From: Octopus sinensis
Lineage: Eukaryota
Direction: 5' to 3'
Length of the DNA stretch: 64,000 nucleotides
Assembly (NCBI RefSeq): GCF_006345805.1
Contig: NC_042998.1
Span: forward strand, 18,910,001-18,974,000
Below, one piece after another: positions 38,287 to 50,278 of this stretch. Positions within the stretch are counted from its first letter, which is position 1. Each line of letters begins with the position of its first letter. A model generated the notes under the pieces. The model saw nothing but the letters and a program-made list of their open reading frames with translations. It made no database searches and was not told the origin of the DNA. The translations under genes and the position numbers were made by a program.

Positions 38287-38486
38287 ATCCAAACATGAAA
38301 GCGCAAACGAACACAACAACGCGAGGACGTGGAACAAATATAGTATTATTGGATGCTTAGGAAAGAAGGAAAGAAGGAGGGTTTAACGTTTCGAGCGGAG
38401 CTCTTCGTCGGAAACATAGGAGAAGGAAAGATCCAGAGAAGGGAAGACAGAGGAAAAAAAATCGCCAACGGTACACACGCGGTCAC
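38281..38486 (-). mobile_element. P1 mini-element, full length
   Basis: Reverse complement of the 17052 copy; TA-rich tracts on both flanks. Confidence 0.78.
38381..38415 (-). ncRNA. Minimal hammerhead-like motif (P1, U4C)
   Basis: Minus strand: gttt-CCGACGA-a-gagc-tcc-gctc-GAAACGTT-aaac. Confidence 0.62.
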
Positions 38487-38922
38487 ATTTTAAATATATA
38501 TATATATATATATATATATTTGTCTGTGTGTGCATGTATGCATGTGTACGTGTGTGTGTCTGTGTGCCCGGGGGCCTGTGTATGCTTGTGTGCGTGCATG
38601 TGTATTATGAGGCCCAACGTACGAAGCTCAGAGTGGTACTTTAATGGAACCGTAACATTTAGATACAAATCTTTTATATGTGACAAAGAAAACCTGCAAG
38701 GGTGTGGAGGGAAGGTTTTTTGGCTTTTTGCATGATTATTGGTTGGTTGCCCTTTGATGATTGATAATAAACAGTCAACCTAAACTTAAACGGTTATATA
38801 TCCATTTACATTTCTACAAATTTGAACTCAAGTGATTTTCGACACATTAATGTACATTCGTTTGTGGAACATACCATATAAGAATTGCCCGTAGAGAATG
38901 TGTATAGGTTATATAATAAAAT

Positions 38923-39340
38923 CAAGGCGGCGATCTGGCAGAAAAGTTAGCGCGCCGGGCGAAATGGTTAGCGGTATTTCGTCTGTCGTTACGTTCTGAG
39001 TTCAAATTCCGCCGAGGTCGACTTTGCCTTTCATCCTTTCGGGGTCGATAAATTAAATACCAGTTACGCACTGGGGTCGATGTAATCGACTTAATACCTA
39101 TGTCTGTCCTTGTTTGTCCCCTCTGTGTTTAGCTCCTTGTGGATAATAAAGAAATAGGTATTTCGTCTGTCGTTACGTTCTGAGTTCAAATTCTTCCGAG
39201 GTCGACTTTGCCTTTCATTCTTTCGGGGTCGATAAATAAAGTACCACTTTCGCACTGGGGTCGATGTAATCGACTTAACCCCTTTCTGTGTCCTTCTTTG
39301 TCCCCTCTATGTTTAGCCACGTGTGGCTAGTAAAGAAATA
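38923..39340 (+). mobile_element. SINE family B with tandemly duplicated body (dimer)
   Basis: One head, then gtatttcgtctgtcgttacg...taaagaaata occurs twice (~38975-39155 and ~39158-39340). Confidence 0.88.
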
Positions 39341-39840
39341 TATGTAATAAATAAAATCACCGATGTATATCTCAAAATAGTGATTATTTTATGAAATATT
39401 GCTAAAATTTTGCAGTCGTGTCGTTGTATATAAACAATATTCTTTGCTCTCCTGTGTTCCATATCGGGATGAACCCTTTATATTTCATCGCTTTTACATT
39501 TCTGTCCTCCTCTCCACTAGAATGTGTCCACGCATTCTTTTTTACTTCTGATATATCTCAACTAAAATTTCCCTCATTCTGCCACCATTATTACGTTGCT
39601 TCCACATATTACTGTCTTCTTATAAACAAAACGGCTGCAGTTCTGATTACTTCATTTGCGTCATCCACTTTAACTCAACGATTTATTAATCTATCAAGTG
39701 TATCCACAGCAAAATATTATTTTACAGAGATTGCTGTTTATGTAATCTTCGCTAAACAACGCCCAAACTATGCATTTAAATGGAAGATAGTTTACAAATA
39801 TTATCAATTTGTCATTTTCAAGATTATTATTATTATTATT

Positions 39841-40296
39841 CAGTGAGAGAGCAGTGCATTCCATCGAAGTGACACTGGGATAAAATTACGAAGCCCAGGA
39901 TACTCGTCTCATAAGGTTACACCAGGCACATGCATCACAACCATATGCGCGCGACATGGTGATCTCATATCAAGATAAACAGCACATGACCTTGCAGGTG
40001 GGGCCCAGTTAGAAATTTCTTCTCGTCGAGTAGCCCATCCCGCTCAAAAGTTCCCTGAATAAGGATTGTTTAAGGATGTTGAACGAACCACCCATGCCTC
40101 GAAAGGTAAATTATCCAAACCTCTAAGAATTCCTTTCAACACACGGTTATGACGCTCCCCCACTACTTCTGCTCGTGGTCAGAGATGCACATATGGTCAG
40201 CCACTAAGGGACATGGTCAACTGGTTACGATCAAACAACTGACAAGCAAATCTGTGGTATTGAGCAGAATATATGCTCTAGCCCATCTTTTATACC

Positions 40297-40298
<2 letters not shown>
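39841..40298. mobile_element. (TAA)n-embedded non-coding repeat, copy 1 (partial)
   Basis: Diverged copy of 40365-40920, flanked by (ATT)n. Confidence 0.8.
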
Positions 40299-40364
<66 letters not shown>

Positions 40365-40918
40365 GAGTGAGAGAGCAGTTCATGCCATCAAAGTGACACT
40401 GGGGTAAAATATACGAAGCCCAATATACCCATCATGACTACCCGTCTGATAAAGGTACACCAGGCACATGCATCACAACCATATGTGCGCGACATGGTGA
40501 TCTCATATCAAGATAAACAGCACATGACCTTGCAGGTGGGGCCCAGTTAGAATTTTCTTCAGGTTGAGTAGCCCATCCCGCTCAAAAGGTCCCTGAATAA
40601 GGGTTGCTTTAGGATGTTGAACGAAACACCTATGTTTCCAGAGGTGAATTATTCAAACTCCAAAGAATCCCTCTCAACACATGGCCATGATGCTCCCCCA
40701 CTACTTCTGCTCGTGATCAGAGATGCACGTATTGTCAGCCACTAAGGGACATGCTCAACTGGTTAAGGTCAAACAACTGACAAGCAAATCTGTGGTATTG
40801 AGCAGAATATTTGCTGTAGCCCATCTTTTATACCAAGACAGAACAATGTACATGATACCACTTCCAATCAGTTAAGATCAGAAGCCATGAGAGCCTCTGC
40901 CTGGTACTGCATCAGGGC

Positions 40919-40920
<2 letters not shown>
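40365..40920. mobile_element. (TAA)n-embedded ~556-bp non-coding repeat, copy 2
   Basis: gagtgagagagcag...ctgcatcagggcat, with (ATT)n directly on both sides. Confidence 0.8.
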
Positions 40921-41011
<91 letters not shown>

Positions 41012-41014
41012 CAT

Positions 41015-41160
41015 TAAGGCGGTAACCTGGCAGAATCCTAAGCACTCTGGGCAAAATACTTACCGTCACTTTGTCAATCGTTACGTCCTGAGTTTAAATT
41101 CCGCTGAGGTCTACTTTGCCTTTCATCCTTTCGCTGGTGATAAGTTAAGTATCATTTAAA
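41015..41160 (+). mobile_element. Degenerate SINE-B 5' part
   Basis: aaggcggtaacctggcagaat...ctgagtttaaattccgctgaggtctactttgcctttcatcc. Confidence 0.7.
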
Positions 41161-41594
41161 TATATTAATAAAAAAATATTGCAACTACTCTCAGTTCATT
41201 TTCAACTTCTACTTTTCCTATATTTCTACACGTGTGGAATAATAATAACTTTGTTTTGTAAACCCCACCCATATATATATATATATTATATATATATATA
41301 TATATATAATACTAATAATAATAATAATAAGAGTAAATAATTCCTATAATGGTTATAAAAAAAACAACAACAATTATTTACTGGTAGAATTCGGTATGTA
41401 AATATAAGCGATTAACGGTAGGAAATTCTGTAAAGTTCAGTATATATATTGTATAGAAATAAATGGGGCAGGCAACAGGTTGCTTGGCCGCATACCGAAA
41501 AATTAGAAATAGCAGTCAAGACTTTATTTCTATTTTCTACAAGTAGGACTCCATACACGACATATCCCTGTAATTCACATATGCAAAACAGAAG

Positions 41595-41653
<59 letters not shown>

Positions 41654-41891
41654 GTAGAAATATGTTACGAAAAGAAAATATAAAATACACGTGGAAATGT
41701 AAGGGTAAGATATGAAAAATCAACGAAAATGCATATTGCAGATAGAAAAAGGCTATTTATGACAGGTAGTGACAAATATATACATTTAGATTAACTGAGG
41801 TAGTAATACGAGTCATAAAGGTCATTGTTATGAAATGATTATAAGATGATAATAATAATAAAGTAAGAGAACAAATATATATATATATATA

Positions 41892-41936
<45 letters not shown>

Positions 41937-42414
41937 ACGCGTAGTCGAATCGAATGGCTTTGTATTCGATCATATTTTAATAAACTTAAATCTTCATTGA
42001 CCTGATTTTATATATCCAAAGATAAAATATTCCAGTTGATTCCAGTCGGATATCATTCCATAAATGACAGCCAATACTTCATTAACTGTCGCCTGTCATT
42101 CAGCCTATCCTGATATCCAACATATTTCCAGTAAATCAACACGGATTAACGTATTTAAACAATATTTACTGACAGTTATCTATTTTGATAGTGAGAAACC
42201 TGTAACTGTTAAAAAATGGAATATGATAAAGTAACTAGAAGTAAGAGAAGAAGTCGTTAAAAACATGATACCAAATTGGAAGAGAATGAAGATTATTATG
42301 AGCGAAACAATGCACGTGTACAATAATGTCAAATGCAGCCAATAGCATTTAAATTACATTTGTTTTCTTGCTTTCATTATTTCTTCCTGAGTTTCATACA
42401 GTCATTCTCGCACC

Positions 42415-42430
42415 ATCCATCCATCCATCC

Positions 42431-42487
<57 letters not shown>

Positions 42488-42572
42488 CCTACCTAGCTAG
42501 CTAGCTAGCTAGCTATCCGTCTATCTATCTATCTACCTATCTGTCAATCTATCCATCTATCCATCTATCCAT

Positions 42573-42621
<49 letters not shown>

Positions 42622-42633
42622 CATCCTCCATCC

Positions 42634-42678
<45 letters not shown>

Positions 42679-42721
42679 CCTATCTGTCTATCTATCAATC
42701 TATCCATCTATCCATTTATCC

Positions 42722-42768
<47 letters not shown>

Positions 42769-42784
42769 CATCCATCCATCCATC

Positions 42785-42815
<31 letters not shown>

Positions 42816-42824
42816 CTATCTATA

Positions 42825-42916
<92 letters not shown>
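42415..42916. repeat. ~500-bp (TATC)/(TCCA)n tetranucleotide tract
   Basis: Direct reading. Confidence 0.95.
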
Positions 42917-43537
42917 ACAATGTTTGTTTGATTCTCTCTTACAATCTCGCATATATATTCTCTTTCCGCTTTCCCTTCTGTCTTCTCTATTTCCCTTACT
43001 AAATTGGAAAAATATCTCAGCTTCCACTATACAGACAACAGAAGATTTTGATCATTAACATCCAATGTTAGCAACGGGTACAGAATTATCATAATCATCA
43101 ACCGTACCAACTTCGACGTGTTAAAATCTTAAGTATCTACTCGACATAATTATAAAAAATACATGTTTTGCTGTGTACTTGACAGACTTCTTAGAAAGCA
43201 AAGGACTAATGCATTTTTTCTGTTTTATTCTATATATACTTGTATGTAATTTGGATTAAGTTAATAAAAAAATGCGGTAGAGTATTCATCACTTTCTTAT
43301 TATGCCTCTCTCCTATTTTCTCTTTCTCCTCTTTCGCTCTCTTTCACTTACTATCAACCTTCTCACTAACCATTCAATTCTCTAACAGTTGACAAATTAG
43401 TTTGAACTATTAGATAAAAGGTATACAGACCTCAGAGGAAGCCTGCTACACCTTTTTCATCAACGATGACCTGGGTTACACAACAGCATAGTAACTTCAC
43501 ACGTTTGTAATAACAACTCTTATATAATTCACTGACA

Positions 43538-43771
43538 AATGTGGCAAGTTGGCAGAAAAAGGGTGGCAAGCTGGCAGAAACGTTAGCACGCCGGGCGAAA
43601 TGCGTAGCCGTTCTGGGTTCAAATTCCGCCGAGGTCGACTTTGCCTTTCATCCTTTCGGGGTCGATAAATTAAGTACCAGTTACGCACTGGGGTTGATGT
43701 AATCGACTTAAACCGTTTGTCTGTCCTTGTTTGTCCCCTCTGTGTTTAGCCCCTTGTGGGTAGTAAAGAAA
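43538..43771 (+). mobile_element. SINE family B with 17-bp TSD
   Basis: tatataattcactgaca at 43521-43537 and 43772-43788. Confidence 0.92.
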
Positions 43772-43861
43772 TATATAATTCACTGACATTTCCTCTACCA
43801 TTTAATAAGAGTATTTACATTCAGGGTTTTAAAGAAGATGATTAGATGTGAGGAAAGATTA

Positions 43862-44032
43862 GTGTTCGAGCACTCCTGTACCTGTCTGAATGTTGGGTCC
43901 TTTGGGTTCTTGGATAATATGCGGATGTTAAGTCGACCCAGTGTGCCTCCATGTTGGTCTTTGTCATGCTGGTAAAATATGGAGGTTTAGGGTTTTCTGT
44001 CGTCATATTGTCTCCAATTGTCATTCATTTCA
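43862..44032 (-). pseudogene. Penelope-like GIY-YIG endonuclease C-terminal remnant
   Basis: In a frame absent from the ORF track: EMNDNWRQYDDRKP*TSIFYQHDKDQHGGTLGRLNIRILSKNPKDPTFRQVQE. Homologous to 52520-52850. Confidence 0.65.
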
Positions 44033-44237
44033 TTTACATATATATATATATATATATACATGAATATGGGTATACACTTGCACACTAACACACTGACACA
44101 CCCACACACATTCGCACAAACAAAGAAAAAAATGCAGCTCCAATAATGAACAGAGACAACGAGTGGAAATCGAGCCACTGAGTATGTTAATTAAAAAGGC
44201 ATTAACACAGAATGACTCTTCCTAGACACAATGATAT

Positions 44238-44289
<52 letters not shown>

Positions 44290-44294
44290 ATATA

Positions 44295-44590
44295 TCCTGT
44301 TATTGCTGTTATTGTTTTTTTGTATTTGTGTTCGTGTGGCATCGTCCGTTTTTTTGTCCTTGTTTCGTGTGCATTCGATCCTTTTTCCGGGAAATCTAAT
44401 GCTCGTGGCTTGGTTTTTCCTTGGAGCTGACCGGATCAGAGCGATCTCGGGAATGGTCGGCCGAGGTTGCGGGGATGGTCCTGTTCTTGACTGAAGATTG
44501 GAGGCTTTGAGTGACCCGTCTGTTTTTTGTGTCGTCTGTTTGAGTGTTTTGCATTCTTGTCCCATTTTGTATTTTTATATATATTTTAAT
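44295..44590 (+). mobile_element. (TA)n-flanked interspersed repeat (pLTR-like), shared with 23035-23332
   Basis: Reverse-complement homology between the two copies. Confidence 0.65.
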
Positions 44591-44597
44591 ACATACT

Positions 44598-44619
<22 letters not shown>

Positions 44620-44628
<9 letters not shown>

Positions 44629-44721
44629 TGAAATAGAAAGATGAATAATCTTGTTGCAGATTGTTGTAGAATGCAATAAAATGATTTCTGTTCAATCTTC
44701 GTTCAACTCCATTTCTTCAAT

Positions 44722-44727
<6 letters not shown>
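44620..44727. mobile_element. Head-to-head fusion of two P5-family termini between (TA)n tracts
   Basis: 44620-44662 is the reverse complement of ~22345-22385. 44665-44727 matches 22158-22219, starting at tgta|gaatgcaataaa. Confidence 0.7.
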
Positions 44728-44767
<40 letters not shown>

Positions 44768-45507
44768 ATATATACATATATATAAAGAAGGTAGTTAGAT
44801 AGATGGAGAGAGAGAGAGATACATACCTATAAACATGTATAGATACGTACATACATACATACATAAACATAATAGGCTTTAAGGCGGTCGTTAACTTATT
44901 TTTCTACACTATACAACCAATCTATGTTCTAGTGCTTTTTCCTACTCATCTTCTAGTGTTTGTGTGTATGTGTGTGTGTGTGTCTGTCTGTCTGTATGTA
45001 TTTGATTTCTCATAATTGAAGACCTTCACTTCTGTCAGTTCAGATATATACCTCTCTTGGTGTTTGGTCTCATGCGACCTAAAATCCGAAGTACAAAGGC
45101 GGGGCGCTCTGAGTTGTCTAATATGTTTTACATCAAAACCGAGAAAATTTTCTTCATGACAAACTACCGTGAAACGCCTCTTGTGGTTTCAAATATTTCT
45201 CAAACATATTTCAACCGGTCTTAAGTTTGTGCACTCTCGACTACTTATTTGCATATCTACTCACGAATGTCCTGGCAGCCGTAATGCGTTGCTGCCTTAT
45301 AAGAAACCGCGTTGTCAATTCAGACATGCATTTCTCTTGGTACCTGAGGCTGAAGAGAAGTTAAAGATTGAAATATATGCACCATTAGTCCAATAGAGCG
45401 ACCATCAGAGTTGACTAGAATTTCACACATTTTATTTTCCATAACGAACGGCAGTGAAAATAATTTTACGAGATGAAATGTATCTGAAACATATTTGATC
45501 CGGTATT

Positions 45508-45923
45508 GAGTGGATGTGTGGCACGTAGCTTGCTTACCAACCACATGGTTCCAGATTCAGTCCCACTGAGTGGGCAAGTGTCTTCTACTATAGCCTTGGG
45601 CCGACCAAGTCTTTGTGAGTGCATTTGATAGACCGAAACTGAACGAAGCCCATCGTATATATATATATATATATGTGTGTGTGAGTGTGTGTGTGTGCGT
45701 GTGTGTGTGTGTGTGTTCGTATGTCTGTGTTTGTTCACCGACATCGCTTGACAACCGATGCTAGTGTGTTTACGTCCCCGTAACTTAGCGGTTCGGCAAA
45801 AGAGCGATATAATAAATATTAGGCTTACAAAGAATAAGTCCTGGGGTCGATTCGTTCGGCCAAAGGCGGTGCTCCAGCATGGCCACAGTGAAATGACTGA
45901 AACAAGTGTAAAAGAGTAAAAGA
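45508..45923 (+). mobile_element. SINE family A, full length
   Basis: Colinear with 4528-4972. Confidence 0.85.
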
Positions 45924-46660
45924 ATAATCTTTTTTTTTGAAGCACGACACTTAGTTTTTATAAAGTCGTTGGATTTTTGTTGGTAGTATGTTAATTCGTT
46001 GAATTTTAATCTGTCTTTTGAATGTGACGATGGGTGTTGTTTTTCTCTCTGGGGATCTTTCTGTTTGTGCTCGTGAGTTTCGCTTGAATATGCATAAAGG
46101 ACAATGCTCTGAAATCTCTGTCAGGTTGATTCAATGCCAAAGAAGCGTAGGTGAAAGCACTGTTGACGACGACAAGTCGACATCTGTGTGTGTGTGTGCG
46201 TGTAAATTTGGTTGTGCATATATGGTTATACACTTTATATGAGGCAAGTATGTCTTGTGACTATTTCTTGGAATGATACCACGAATGAAACTGTTTGTCT
46301 AGTAAGGAAGATGAAAATTGAAATCATTAGATATCACAAAAATAACTATTTCATATCTCTGAATTTTAGAATCAATTATCTAATTTCTACATAAAAGACT
46401 TCGAGGCAGTTAATACACAAACATCCAGAAAAATATGCAGCGGGATATATTGTATTCTTGTCATTAAAGATGAGGCTTCAAAAAATAATTTTAAAAACAT
46501 TTTACTAAGAGTGTTTTTCAATCGATCTGACATAAATCTTGTCTTATGAATACACTGGGGCAGATATTTATATATATACTATATTTGTTCCACGTCCTCG
46601 CGTTGTTGTGTTTTTTTTTGTGCTTTCTTGTTTGGAATAACTTTATATATATATATGTAT

Positions 46661-46719
<59 letters not shown>

Positions 46720-47412
46720 TCCTCTCTCTCTCTCTCTCTTTCACTCTCCCCCTCTCTCTCTATATATATATATATATATGTATGGATATATACATACGTG
46801 CCTACATACATACAAACCACAAAGAAACACACATGCAAATGCACACACATACACACATTCACACACATACATGTATACATATATGTGCATGTATATATGC
46901 ATGCATGTATGCATACATGCATGTATGCATACATGCATGTATGCATGTATATCTCGCTCGGCACAAGATTTGTTGAAACTCCATAAACGAACCTTAATAA
47001 AAATATGTCAAAATATGTAATTAACCCAAGTCTCCTAAAAATAAAACTTCCCCTTGATTGAAATTCACCTGTCCTAGAGAAGAAAACAAAATGTTTAACA
47101 ATGCCTCATGTAAAGCACGCAAGGAATAGTTTAGTTGATTTATAATTGGTTGCTGACTTCAACTCAAAGTTGTATATTCCTTGCTGTTAACTCCTTATAT
47201 GTTTAAATCACTTCATGAAACAATAGGTTGCTATTATGTCTAGCGTCGTATTACCTCACCATATTAGAAGTTTAATAAAATATAAAGAGTATATATATTT
47301 AAAATAATATAATTTAAATTAATTTTAGGTATTGGCTTATGTTTTTCAATGTTTGATTTACCTAATAGTGGTTTTATCTCTAATTTAATATAATATATAT
47401 ATATATATATGG

Positions 47413-47444
<32 letters not shown>

Positions 47445-48071
47445 ATAGATGGATACAGGTGTACAAATACATATATACACACACATATATATATATACCC
47501 ACGTACACATATACGTGTGTGTATGTTAATGTACCCGTGCATCTATATAAATATACGTACGTAATACAGGCCAAACGTCGTAAAGTTACCCCTAGTATGA
47601 ATATTGGACATATAAAAGTGCATAGCTGATTGGGAATTTGTGCGAAAGTAATCAACTGATCTAGTGTATTTCTTTAAATTATTGTGTTACCCTGTATATT
47701 TATATATGACAGACTTGACAGACACGAAAATATTATTTGTATAAAATATCGAATATTGCCAAATAAAAACAATCTAATATCATCTTACGTGAAAATCATA
47801 TTTCGTAGTTATTTATATTGCAAATGGTAATTTGAATATCAGTGTTGCTCACCGATATTGAAAAAAAAATGTCATGCACACTATAATCAGTGAAATGTTT
47901 CCAATTAAAGTTCAATTTTTATTTGATAAGCAATGGTTTTCTTTTTAACTATTACAATTTCAATCTCAATTTATTGAATTCCGATCTCTGTTCAAATGTT
48001 ATCTTCGGGATAAACAGTGACATCAAATTCATTGCATACTCAGCTTTTCAGACTGCTCAACGTCGTCACTT

Positions 48072-48117
<46 letters not shown>

Positions 48118-48499
48118 AAAAATATTTTAAACTTTACTAATGCAATGTTAACAGTATCATTTATAATATATTATTTCCAAATTGGGATTGACACACAGGA
48201 AATATGAGAGACAAACAGAGAGAACGAAAGTGACGGACAGAGTGGGAGAGACAGAATTTTAATACTTTGTTCTCTCGTTCCTTTCTGTCATTTAACGCAT
48301 GCGCTTTTGTGAATTAACTATCGTATGCTCAGTCACAACTTGTACAATATATCCAACAACAGGTTTTAAAAAAAGTGAAAGATAAAATCTTTACATTTCT
48401 TTTCAAACCGCCGCATTAATATTTATTAAAACTTTACCAACTTACTCAAACAATACACTATATATATATATAATGTCGTTCCTTTCCTTCCATACGTGA

Positions 48500-49430
48500 A
48501 TAGCCCAGCGTCTTCCATATGTATATAAAACAAGTGTTTGTATGTATGTGTGCGTATCTACCTTAAGCATTTTAAAATTGAGTTGCTGATTTTGACGGAT
48601 GGGTATCAAAAGATTCGTTAATCTTACGACTACCAAATAAACTGTATTTTCATTTGCATATTTGCATTACAAAAAAATTTACATTATAATATCTTCTATA
48701 AATCAACTATCGTAAACATTTTATACCACGACGACGACGACGTCGAAGTCACATTTTGTATATGAGTGTGTACCTTAAAAGACATCCATTTCTGTATTAT
48801 GACATTTTTTGTACATATATGTGCGTGTGACTATATTATGTGACGAAATACAGTCATTCACTTTTTTCTCTCTGTCACATGCACACGCCGCTCATTTATA
48901 CATATATACAAAAAATGTATGCATATGTATTTATGTACGTGTATATGAAAGATTTGAGAGTGTGTGACAGAGAGACGGGGGAGAGCCACTTACAAATATA
49001 CGCAAAAACTTTACGGATAGTAACGAATACATTCCAAAACTCAGCTGCCAATTTCGACCTATGGGGTATCAAAAGATTCAGTAATCTTTCGGCTAACAAA
49101 TAAACTATTTTTCATTTACTTATTTGCATTACAAAAACTTAACATCATAATCTTTCTATAATTCAATTATCGTAAAGGATATTCAATATCACGATGATGA
49201 CGATGTCACATATTCGATAAGAGTGTCTACATTAAAAGACATCCATGTCTCTATATGTTATGAGGAAATGCATTCAATCACTTTCTCTCTGACATGCACA
49301 CGCACACATATATACAAAACAGTCGTATGCATCTGTATTTATGTGCGTGTATATGAAAGGTAACGTGCCTGAGAGAGAGAGTGAGAGAGAGAAATCGAGT
49401 GAATGTCACTTCCACATACATGCAAAAAAT
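48500..49430. repeat. Diverged ~462-bp tandem duplication
   Basis: gggtatcaaaagattc at ~48602 and ~49064, with colinear downstream blocks (ttaaaagacatccat; tatgcat.tgtatttatgt.cgtgtatatgaaag). Confidence 0.8.
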
Positions 49431-49589
49431 GCATATATGACAACACACACATTCACCCAGTCTCTATCTGTCTCTCTCTCTCTCTCTCTCACACACACAT
49501 GCATACACACATCCATTTCATATACACGTAAATACATGTTTCTGCTCTCTTTTACTTTCTACTCTAACTTCAAAGCAAATGTGACTCTT

Positions 49590-49790
49590 TCCCTTTCTCG
49601 TTGCCGACTTTTTTTTCCTCTGTCTTCCTCTTCTCTTGGACTTTTCTCTGTCTCCTGTTCCTGAAGAAGACCTTTGCTCGAAACGTAAAATTAATTTTCT
49701 TTCCTTCGCTGAGTGTCTGCTAATACTTTACACATACCACGTCTTCGTGTTGTCGAATTTGTCTTGTGTTTTTCTTCCTTCTTTTGGATT
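49590..49790 (+). mobile_element. Diverged P1-related mini-element with HHR-like motif (49657-49690)
   Basis: CTGAAGA-a-gacc-ttt-gctc-GAAACGTA; stems partly decayed. Confidence 0.55.
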
Positions 49791-49937
49791 ATATATATAT
49801 ATATGTGTGTGGCGGTTTATTTAATTTATATTAAAATTTTATGTATTGATTAAGTCTTTCCTTGTTTGGTTTTAAAATAGTGGTTTTGTCTCGAATTATA
49901 TTATATATATATATATATTATATAAACATATATATAA

Positions 49938-50009
<72 letters not shown>

Positions 50010-50094
50010 ATATATATATAAACATATATATATATATATATATATAAACATATATATATATATATATAAATATATAATATATATATATATATTC

Positions 50095-50246
50095 TCTTTA
50101 TCTTCTCCTCTTGTTTCTTTCTGTGGAAGAGCGTAGGCGCGAAACGTTAAAGACTTTTTCACTTCCCGAGCGTTAAACTAATACATCTTTTTGTTGTCTA
50201 CACCACCTGTATTCGTCTTTTGTTGTTGTTTTTTGTGAATTCACCC

Positions 50247-50248
<2 letters not shown>
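50095..50248 (+). mobile_element. P2 mini-element with variant HHR-like motif (50116-50153)
   Basis: tcttt-CTGTGGA-a-gagc-gtag-gcgc-GAAACGTT-aaaga; 5-bp stem I; (TA)n flanks. Confidence 0.6.

Positions 50249-50278
<30 letters not shown>

Noticed and set aside
44488-44525. CTGAAGA...GAG/GAA-TGACCCGTC as a hammerhead (also ~23095-23125 minus)
   Set aside because: No GAAA, no convincing stem II and no stem I partner.
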